A stretch of DNA of 32,000 bases from the NCBI GenBank assembly GCA_041494705.1, contig JBGQBI010000005.1:1-32000 (forward strand). The letters run 5' to 3'. The stretch is from Candidatus Methanoperedens sp. (GTDB taxonomy: Archaea; Halobacteriota; Methanosarcinia; Methanosarcinales; Methanoperedenaceae). Both the position numbers and the translations under genes were made by a program. Below are positions 25,458-32,000 of the stretch, in pieces. Each line of letters opens with the position of its first letter. Position 1 is the first letter of the stretch. The notes under the pieces were generated by a model. It was given only the letters and a program-made list of their open reading frames with translations, did not search any database and had not been told where the DNA came from.

Positions 25458-26138
25458 TTAAATCCCTATCCGTTCAAGCAGCGGGTCTTTTGACCCAACC
25501 ATTTCAAAAGCGCGCTTGCGCCTGAGGCATGATTCGCACACGCCGCACGGTTTTTCCTTGCCCTCATAACATGACCATGACCATTCAAGAGGGGCATCAA
25601 TTTCCAGCCCACGTCTTACGATATCGGCTTTGTTCATGGAAATAAGCGGCGTATAGACCGATGGGTGCACCAGCGTTCCGAATTTAAGCATTTCATTGAA
25701 ACGCTCCACGAATTCAGGCGTGTTATCAGGGAAAGTTGCAGCTTCTTCAGCGTCAAATCCCGTAACAATAAGGTCATATTTATAGTTCTCAGCAAGAGCT
25801 GCGCCTATTGAAAGAAAAACAACATTGCGAGCGGGCACCCAGACTTCTTCTGCGCTCTTTTGTGTAATCTCTTTATCATCAAGTTCATGCCCCGATATTT
25901 TCGGAAGCGCCCCGCCTCCTGTAAGCGCGCCGCGAAAAGTGCCGTACCACGGAAGAGAAATTATGATATGTCCAACCTTGAATCGCTCGCAGATGGTTTT
26001 CGCAAAAGCAATCTCTTTTTCCCTCGCCCTCTGCCCATAATCAAATGTCACGCAAACCACTTCGTCGCACCTGTTGTAAGCTTCCTTGAATGCAACGGTG
26101 GAATCAAGGCCAGAAGAAAGCAAAACAATGGATTTCAT
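25458..26138 (-). CDS. queC: 7-cyano-7-deazaguanine (preQ0) synthase
   Basis: It has the PP-loop SSGLDS, and the motifs VPARN and FPDNTPEF. The C-terminal zinc cluster is C-x-x-C-x-x-C (SCYEGKEKPCGVCESCLRR). In archaea it serves archaeosine synthesis. Confidence 0.9.
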   Translation of the reverse strand: MKSIVLLSSGLDSTVAFKEAYNRCDEVVCVTFDYGQRAREKEIAFAKTICERFKVGHIIISLPWYGTFRGALTGGGALPKISGHELDDKEITQKSAEEVWVPARNVVFLSIGAALAENYKYDLIVTGFDAEEAATFPDNTPEFVERFNEMLKFGTLVHPSVYTPLISMNKADIVRRGLEIDAPLEWSWSCYEGKEKPCGVCESCLRRKRAFEMVGSKDPLLERIGI

Positions 26139-26195
26139 AATGACTATTGATTTTTAAGCAGTAAATATTTATCGTTTGGTGCTTATTAATCGCCG

Positions 26196-26651
26196 ATGCG
26201 ACCCACAATAGATGAATACTTCATGGAGATAGCGACAATAGTTGCAAAACGCTCCACCTGCCTCAGAAACCAGGTCGGCGCCGTCATCGTGAAAGATAAA
26301 AGGATACTTTCCACGGGCTATAACGGCGCACCGAGGAACCTGGAACACTGCCTTGATATCGGATGCATAAGGCAGCAAAATAATATAGCTTCTGGGACGC
26401 GGCATGAACTCTGCCGCGCAGTTCATGCAGAGCAGAACGCCATTATACAGGCGGCGCTGCATGGCGTGAGCATTGAGGACGCAACAATTTATTGCACGCA
26501 CCAGCCATGTATCCTGTGCGCAAAGATGCTGATAAATGCCAGGATTGAAAAAGTGGTTTTCGGAGTAGTTTACCCGGATAAGGAAGCCCTGAACTTTTTT
26601 AACAAGGCAGGCGTCAAAGTCGAACAATTTGACCTCAGCCGGAGCTCTTGA
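26196..26651 (+). CDS. Deoxycytidylate (dCMP) deaminase, ComEB/Dcd-like
   Basis: EYFMEIA..VAKRSTC, GAVIVKD.RILSTGYNG, the zinc motifs VHAEQNAI and PCILCAKMLINA, and the inserted LEHC..IGC segment are typical of dCMP deaminases. Confidence 0.85.
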   Translation: MRPTIDEYFMEIATIVAKRSTCLRNQVGAVIVKDKRILSTGYNGAPRNLEHCLDIGCIRQQNNIASGTRHELCRAVHAEQNAIIQAALHGVSIEDATIYCTHQPCILCAKMLINARIEKVVFGVVYPDKEALNFFNKAGVKVEQFDLSRSS

Positions 26652-26656
26652 GATAT

Positions 26657-27202
26657 ATGTTTGAGACAATTGCAGTAATAACCGGATATATTCTCAAGGC
26701 GACATGGTTGATGCTTCCGGCTTATATTGCAAATCCCACAGCCGTTGTGTTCGGGGGCGGGACACCCATAGATTTCGGGAAGAACTGGAAGGACGGGAGA
26801 AGAATATTGGGTGACGGGAAGACATTTCGGGGACTTATCGGGGGGACAGTCTGCGGTATTATCATCGGACTCATCCAGATACAGGCGTCTCCTCAATTTT
26901 CACTGCCAGCTTTTACCCTCGGCGCGGTGGTTGCCCTATCGTTTGGCGCATTGCTTGGTGATATCGTAAAAAGTTTTTTTAAACGACGGCTTGGATTAGA
27001 GCGGGGAGCTAAATTCCCGCTTGTGGACCAGCTGGATTTTGTAGCAGGTGCATGGGTCCTAGCGTATATCGCAGACCCGAAGTGGTTTACTGACAACTTT
27101 ACTTTCGGGATAATGATTACAGTCATCATTTTGACACCCATACTCCATCGCCTGACCAATATTATCGGGTATTATATTAAACTAAAAAAGGAGCCATGGT
27201 AA
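26657..27202 (+). CDS. carS: CDP-archaeol synthase (CDP-2,3-bis-O-geranylgeranyl-sn-glycerol synthase)
   Basis: DUF46/CarS signatures are present: LPAYIANP.AV.FGGG.PIDFG, DGRRILGDGKT.RG and SFFKRRLG...G...PL.DQLDF. I use ATG 26657, since the track start is the TTG at 26648. Confidence 0.8.
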   Translation: MFETIAVITGYILKATWLMLPAYIANPTAVVFGGGTPIDFGKNWKDGRRILGDGKTFRGLIGGTVCGIIIGLIQIQASPQFSLPAFTLGAVVALSFGALLGDIVKSFFKRRLGLERGAKFPLVDQLDFVAGAWVLAYIADPKWFTDNFTFGIMITVIILTPILHRLTNIIGYYIKLKKEPW

Positions 27203-27732
27203 TGGAAACGCTTGCAGGAGCTTTGAAGGAGTGCGGGGCGATCAAGTTCGGTGATTTTACTCTTGCTTCAGGGAAGAAAAGCAGGTATTATGTCGATATC
27301 AAAAAAGCAAGCACAAACCCGCGAATATTGAAAATCATAGCTCATGCCATAAAGGAGAAAATAAAATCCCATTCCATATCTGTGGATTATATAGGCTGCG
27401 TGGCTCTCGGAGGAGTGCCAATAGCCGTCGCCGTGTCGCTGGAAACTGGATTGCCCCTGATAATCATAAGGAAAGAAGCGAAAGAATACGGCACGAAAGG
27501 ACAAATCGTGGGCGAATTCAAGCCTGGTGAATCGGTTTTAATGGTCGAGGATGTCGCAACGACAGGCGGTTCTGTCCTGAAAGCCATAGAAATGCTGCGG
27601 GGTGAAGGGGTGGTCGTTCGGTATGTTATCGTGGTGGTTGACCGCGAGGAAGGGGCAGGCAAGGCGCTTGATGATGAGGGTATTGAACTCATACCGCTTG
27701 TGAAGAGAAGTGAATTGCTAAACGAACCCTAA
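27196..27732 (+). CDS. pyrE: Orotate phosphoribosyltransferase
   Basis: The motifs FGDFTLASGKKSRYYVD and the PRPP-binding loop VLMVEDVATTGGS identify it. AAGGAG lies upstream. Start 27202 is also possible. Confidence 0.9.
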   Translation: MVMETLAGALKECGAIKFGDFTLASGKKSRYYVDIKKASTNPRILKIIAHAIKEKIKSHSISVDYIGCVALGGVPIAVAVSLETGLPLIIIRKEAKEYGTKGQIVGEFKPGESVLMVEDVATTGGSVLKAIEMLRGEGVVVRYVIVVVDREEGAGKALDDEGIELIPLVKRSELLNEP

Positions 27733-28286
27733 TACGAATACCTCTCCTCTTTCCACGGGTCAGCGCTGTTGCTGTAGCCGCGCTGCTCCCAGTAACCCAG
27801 CTCCTGCTTTTCAGTGAACACAACCCTCCTCACCCATTTGGCACACTTGTAAGCGTATTTTTTGGGGACAACGAGGCGAAGCGGTCCGCCGTGTAATGGT
27901 TCAAGCGGCTTTCCTTCAAAAGCGTAAGCTAAAAGCACATCAGATTCCATAAGCTCAGTAAGCGGCAGGCTTGTAGTATAGCCGCCGTCAGCCTCAATGG
28001 TCGCAAACCTGGCATTAGTTTTGGGTTTTACAAGCTTTGCAACATCACTGAAACGAACGCCTTCCCATTTATTATCAAACCTGCTCCATCCGGTTACGCA
28101 ATGAAAGTCACTTACATCAACCGTCCTTTCAAGCGCCAGGAATTCATCATACGTCAGCCTGACCGGATTTTCTACAAGACCTTCCACACAGAAATCCCAG
28201 GTTCCTTTATCAAATTCGGGCACTCTTCCGAAATGAAGGACAGGGAAATCCGCAGTTTTACGCTGGTTAGGGGGAAGGCGTTGCAT
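27729..28286 (-). CDS. Sulfite-oxidase-fold molybdopterin oxidoreductase catalytic domain (YedY/MsrP-like)
   Basis: The motifs DFHCVTGWS, W.GVRF.DV and NGGPLRLVVP-like (HGGPLRLVVPKKYAYKCAKWV) match the Oxidored_molyb fold. Confidence 0.75.
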   Translation of the reverse strand: MQRLPPNQRKTADFPVLHFGRVPEFDKGTWDFCVEGLVENPVRLTYDEFLALERTVDVSDFHCVTGWSRFDNKWEGVRFSDVAKLVKPKTNARFATIEADGGYTTSLPLTELMESDVLLAYAFEGKPLEPLHGGPLRLVVPKKYAYKCAKWVRRVVFTEKQELGYWEQRGYSNSADPWKEERYSY

Positions 28287-28431
28287 ACATCTCCTCTATA
28301 TAGACCTCTACAGCTTCTTTTAGATTTTTCAGAGCATCTTCGATTGTATAGCCCTGGCTCACAACATCTATTTCAGGGCATAATGCCACAAATTGCTTTT
28401 CGCCTCTTCTAATGATCGCTGTAAAATCCAT
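28267..28431 (-). CDS. HicB-like / UPF0150 family antitoxin-fold miniprotein (54 aa)
   Basis: This ORF is not in the track. MDFTAIIRRGEKQFVALCPEIDVVSQGYTIEDALKNLKEAVEVYIEEMYATPSP matches the HicB N-domain pattern (..a.i.......y.a.cPel....sqG.T.eEAl.NlkEAi..yle). AGGAG lies upstream. The 3' end overlaps the downstream gene start by 20 nt. Confidence 0.6.
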   Translation of the reverse strand: MDFTAIIRRGEKQFVALCPEIDVVSQGYTIEDALKNLKEAVEVYIEEMYATPSP

Positions 28432-28619
28432 TTAACTCCTGAAAACAATATTTTCTCCAATCCTTTAAATATCTGAGGGTATACCGGCTAGCTTTACCGA
28501 TCCGATATCAACACCATAAAGTTTTAATTGCAATATCACATTACTAAACTTCATTCTTTGATAAACCCGTATAGTAAATTAAGATATCAAAAGGATTTCA
28601 AACTCTGGAGATTATTTTC

Positions 28620-31600
28620 ATGTTAAAAGAAGCAGCGCAATACGATGCAAAAAACTTAGAACAGAATATACGCAAATTCTGGGATGAAATAGACGCTTAT
28701 TCAAAGGTAAGAGAACAACGGAAAAACGGCAAGAAATTCTTTTTTGTTGACGGGCCGCCATATACAACAGGAAGGATACACCTCGGGACAGCGTGGAATA
28801 AGATTATCAAGGATTCGATACTTCGCTACAAATCCATGAACGGCTTCCATATACTTGACCGCGCCGGGTGGGATATGCACGGCCTGCCCATCGAGGTAAA
28901 AGTGGAAGGCGTGCTCGGCTTTAAATCAAAAAAGGACATTGAAAAATACGGCGTTGGCAATTTCGTTGCAAAATGCAAGGAATTCGCTCTCTCCCACCGC
29001 GATGAAATGACGCTCCAGTTCCAGAACCTTGGCGTCTGGCTTAACTGGAAAGACCCGTACATGACATTGCGGGACGAGTACATTGAGGCTGCATGGTGGA
29101 CATTGAAAAAAGCGCATGAAAAGAAACTCCTTGAAAAAGGCCGGCGCGTTGTGAACTGGTGCCCGCGCTGCGAAACCGCCATAGCCGACTCCGAGGTCGA
29201 ATATTCGGATGTTACCGACCCTTCTGTTTATATCAAATTCCCGGTTGCGAACGAGGAGAACACCTATATTGTAATCTGGACAACAACGCCCTGGACTATT
29301 CCTGCAAATATTGCAGTTGCTGTGCATCCTTCTTTTGAGTATGTCAGGGTGAAGGTCGTAAAAGACGGGAAAGAAGAGATTCTCATAATGGCATCCGAAC
29401 TCATGAAAAATGTCATGAAACAGGGAAGGTACAAAGAGTTCGAAGTCCTCGAAACGATTCTCGGAGAGGAACTGAAAATCGAATACAAGGCGCCTCTTGG
29501 TCATAAAGTGCCCAAACAGAATGAATTTCCGCATCATGTTTACATGGCAGATTTCGTCACAGCCGAAAATACCGGGTGCGTTCATATTGCGCCGGGGCAT
29601 GGCATTGACGACTTTGAACTCGGAATGAAGCATAAATTGCCTATATTCTGTCCTGTCGGGCCTGACGGCAAATACACCGAAGAAGCCGGGGAATATAAGG
29701 GGATGCATGTCCGGGAAGCCAATAAGGTTGTTCTCGACGACCTCAAAGAAAACAACCTGCTCCTTTCAAGCGGCACAATCTCGCACCGCTACGGTCATTG
29801 CTGGAGATGCAAGACTCCAATTATCTATCTTGCCACAGAGCAGTGGTTCCTGCGGGTCACCGACCTCAAGGAAAAAATGCTTGAGGAGATTAAGAAAGTA
29901 AAATGGTATCCTGAATGGGCAGGGTCAGCGCGGTTTGCGGATTGGGTCGCTGGCTCGCGCGACTGGTGCATTTCGCGACAGAGATACTGGGGAATTCCAA
30001 TTCCGGTATGGGTGTGCGATTTTTGCGGCAATGTTGAGGTAATGGGAACAATGGACGAACTGAAATCAAGGTCGGGAGTAAAAACGCTTTCAGACCTGCA
30101 CAGGCCCAACGTTGATAATATCCATATCAAATGCAAATGCGACGCAAGAATGAGCCGGGTTCCCGATGTGTTTGATGTGTGGTTCGATTCCGCAGTAGCC
30201 TCATGGGCAACGTTGAATTTCCCGCGCGATGAAAAAGCATATAAAGAATGGTGGCCAGCCGATTTTATAACCGAAGGTCATGACCAGACGCGCGGGTGGT
30301 TCTATTCCCAGATGGGCGCAAGCATGGTTTCATTCGGGAAAGCCCCGTATAAGAGTGTGCTGATGCACGGTTTCACCCTTGACACCGAAGGCAAGAAGAT
30401 GTCAAAGAGTCTTGGGAATGTTGTCTCGCCTGACGATGTTATTTTAAAATACGGGGCGGAATCGCTCCGGTTTTACGTGCTTTCCCAGAATGCACCGTGG
30501 GAAGACCTGAAATTCAGCTGGGATGAGGTGGGCAATATCCACAGGATGGTGAATATCCTCTGGAATGTGTACAGGTTCCCGCTTCCGTACATGATTCTTG
30601 ATAAGTTTAACCCGGCTGACCTTGATAAGAAACTTGCGACTTTGCCGCTTCGCCTTGAAGACAGGTGGATACTTTCAAGGATGCAGTCCCTGATAAAATC
30701 CGTTGACCTGGCAATGTCCGAATACAACCTTCATAAAGCCACGCGTCCCATATCGGAGTTCATACTTGAAGACCTCTCGCGGTGGTATATCCAGCTCATA
30801 AGGCCAAGGACATGGCGCGAGGCAAACGACCCTGATAAACTGGCGGCTTATTATACACTGTATGAAGTCCTTGTCACAATAACAAAACTCATAGCGCCTT
30901 TTATGCCTCATATTTCCGAGGAGATGTACCAGAATCTTGTGCGCAACGTAAATCCTGGTGCGCCTGCAAGCGTTCACATGTGCGAATGGGCAAAACCAAG
31001 GGAAAATTTCATTGATGTCGGGCTTGAGAAAAAAATGGAAATCATAAGGGAGATAGTTGAGGCATCATCCAATGCAAGACAGAAACTGAAGCGTAAACTG
31101 AGATGGCCTGTGAAAAGAATTGTTATCTCGCCGAAGAATGAAATAGTAAATGAGGCTGTTGCAAGCCTTGAATCCGTACTGAAAGAGCAGACAAATGCCA
31201 AGGAAATCGTTTTGCTAAAAGAGGGTGAAACATGGGAAGAGCTTGGCGTGGAAGTGCTGCCCAACCATGCGGCGCTTGGGCCTGCTTTTAAAAAGGATGC
31301 AGGCAAAGTAATAGCCGAATTAAAGAAAGCTGACGGCAGGAAAATAAAAAAGGCGATTCTGGAAACGGGTCAATATGAGCTTAAAGCCGGTATAATAACA
31401 CAGGAAATGGTAAGTTTCAAGGACTTAGTCCCGCCTGCTATTGCCAGCGCCGGATTTTCGCAGGGGGAAGTGTTTGTTGATACTGAACTCACGCGCGATA
31501 TCGAATCCGAGGGCTACGCCCGCGAGGTCATAAGAAGGCTCCAGGACATGAGAAAAGAACTTGACCTTGCTGTTGAAGAAGAGATAAACGCTATTGTGGA

Positions 31601-31772
31601 AATCAAGGACGAGCGTGTTGCGGCGCTAATACTTGATTTAAAGGATTTTATTTCAGGAGAAGTCAGGGCAAGCTCATTGAGTATTGGTCCTGAGATTGAA
31701 GCTGAGGGCGCACTTGTGAAGGATTGGGATGTTGAGGATGTTAAGATGAGGATGGGGATAAGGAGGAAATAA
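28620..31772 (+). CDS. ileS: Isoleucyl-tRNA synthetase (archaeal/eukaryote-like type)
   Basis: 1050 aa. It has a HIGH-type motif ([16 protein letters not shown]), KMSKS (KKMSKSLGN), the CP1 editing region (TTTPWT.PAN) and a zinc-knuckle (CPRC / CWRC). Confidence 0.97.
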   Translation: MLKEAAQYDAKNLEQNIRKFWDEIDAYSKVREQRKNGKKFFFVDGPPYTTGRIHLGTAWNKIIKDSILRYKSMNGFHILDRAGWDMHGLPIEVKVEGVLGFKSKKDIEKYGVGNFVAKCKEFALSHRDEMTLQFQNLGVWLNWKDPYMTLRDEYIEAAWWTLKKAHEKKLLEKGRRVVNWCPRCETAIADSEVEYSDVTDPSVYIKFPVANEENTYIVIWTTTPWTIPANIAVAVHPSFEYVRVKVVKDGKEEILIMASELMKNVMKQGRYKEFEVLETILGEELKIEYKAPLGHKVPKQNEFPHHVYMADFVTAENTGCVHIAPGHGIDDFELGMKHKLPIFCPVGPDGKYTEEAGEYKGMHVREANKVVLDDLKENNLLLSSGTISHRYGHCWRCKTPIIYLATEQWFLRVTDLKEKMLEEIKKVKWYPEWAGSARFADWVAGSRDWCISRQRYWGIPIPVWVCDFCGNVEVMGTMDELKSRSGVKTLSDLHRPNVDNIHIKCKCDARMSRVPDVFDVWFDSAVASWATLNFPRDEKAYKEWWPADFITEGHDQTRGWFYSQMGASMVSFGKAPYKSVLMHGFTLDTEGKKMSKSLGNVVSPDDVILKYGAESLRFYVLSQNAPWEDLKFSWDEVGNIHRMVNILWNVYRFPLPYMILDKFNPADLDKKLATLPLRLEDRWILSRMQSLIKSVDLAMSEYNLHKATRPISEFILEDLSRWYIQLIRPRTWREANDPDKLAAYYTLYEVLVTITKLIAPFMPHISEEMYQNLVRNVNPGAPASVHMCEWAKPRENFIDVGLEKKMEIIREIVEASSNARQKLKRKLRWPVKRIVISPKNEIVNEAVASLESVLKEQTNAKEIVLLKEGETWEELGVEVLPNHAALGPAFKKDAGKVIAELKKADGRKIKKAILETGQYELKAGIITQEMVSFKDLVPPAIASAGFSQGEVFVDTELTRDIESEGYAREVIRRLQDMRKELDLAVEEEINAIVEIKDERVAALILDLKDFISGEVRASSLSIGPEIEAEGALVKDWDVEDVKMRMGIRRK

Positions 31773-31868
31773 AGTTTCATCCCTCAATTAAGGGATTAAA
31801 CAGGTTGACGTAAACATTGACGCAAAGGTTGACGCACGGTTCTCTTGCTTTCGTTTTTGCTGTCAAGA

Positions 31869-32000
31869 CTATTGCAAAACATACGTCATCGCATCCTCAA
31901 TAGTCCCGACCTCCCTCACCTCAATCCCGATATCCCCCACATCGGCTTTTTGTCCCAGGGGAACAAGGAACAAGACAGCCCCGGCATCCCTGGCAGCCAG
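31869..32000 (-). CDS. 3' end of a gene running off the window; possibly a Lon/S16-like protease C-terminus
   Basis: The minus-strand frame is open from the window edge to TAG (31869-31871). Translation is LAARDAGAVLFLVPLGQKADVGDIGIEVREVGTIEDAMTYVLQ. The pattern A..AG.....VP..N..DV....I.V..V.TI.EA is Lon-C-terminal-like. Only 43 aa are visible. Confidence 0.3.
   Translation of the reverse strand: MAARDAGAVLFLVPLGQKADVGDIGIEVREVGTIEDAMTYVLQ

Noticed and set aside
25458-26651. I asked whether the divergent queC and dCMP deaminase genes could hint at a 7-deazaguanine DNA-modification (Dpd-like) system.
   Set aside because: - No DpdA/TGT-like, DpdB or helicase genes are present.
- GC content is core-like.
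- The neighbours (carS, pyrE) are housekeeping genes.

The arrangement is consistent with ordinary archaeosine and nucleotide metabolism.
26169-26669. A 166-aa minus-strand ORF lies antisense to the dCMP deaminase.
   Set aside because: It fully overlaps a gene with unmistakable zinc-deaminase motifs and has no recognisable motifs of its own. Its Cys/Arg-rich composition is typical of antisense translation.
28926-29708. Long antisense or alternative-frame ORFs lie inside well-supported genes. Examples are 28926..29708 in ileS; 13478..14125 and 13695..14069 in cdc48; 9977..10621 and 10597..10917 in leuC/hacA; and 5825..6280 in ilvN.
   Set aside because: All lie within strongly motif-supported genes on the other strand or frame. 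They show low-complexity, biased compositions and lack initiation signals.

Overview
All protein calls come from reading motifs by eye, with no database search. The window looks like archaeal (euryarchaeal-type) chromosome. Supporting genes are CDP-archaeol synthase, a class-III-signal (DUF1628) pilin, CDC48/VCP, citramalate synthase, QueC, and an HSR1/Phr-like heat-shock regulator. Many starts carry strong GGAGGTGAT-type Shine-Dalgarno sites. I cannot assign a taxon by eye.

Core blocks, about 50-55% GC by eye:
- M42 peptidase, then cimA-ilvB-ilvN (1.5-6.3 kb).
- A minus-strand set of leuC/hacA, an M29 aminopeptidase and a Zn-ribbon miniprotein (8.8-11.1 kb).
- A regulator-hsp20-cdc48 heat-shock operon (12.6-16.1 kb) with a recognisable CTAAC-N5-GTTAG operator.
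- queC, dCMP deaminase, carS, pyrE and a molybdopterin oxidoreductase (25.4-28.3 kb), then ileS (28.6-31.8 kb).

Accessory, AT-rich parts hold the most interesting material:
1. 16143-21605 has the anatomy of a 5.46-kb cargo transposon. It has 17-bp terminal inverted repeats and a perfect 9-bp flanking duplication (TCCATGATT). It encodes an IS4/IS5-type SWIM-DDE transposase. Its passengers are a HIT-like gene and a translationally coupled operon of AbrB-like, wHTH, micro-ORF, BcgI-like nuclease-methylase and specificity-subunit genes.
2. The same TIR/12-mer family (ACTTTAGGTGCA, 9 copies) also bounds an adjacent 1.1-kb transposase-less segment and a 61-bp empty mini-element.
3. A very AT-rich orphan PD-(D/E)XK gene sits in a 1.27-kb cassette bounded by a 25-bp inverted repeat with a 19-bp perfect core.

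Smaller oddities:
- The cimA 5' end is out of frame with its SD-linked ATG.
- An arrestin/Spo0M-like protein appears split into two genes.
- Two 3-TM miniprotein genes are tandemly duplicated.
- An orphan HicB-like gene overlaps its neighbour.

I saw no rRNA, tRNA or CRISPR array.
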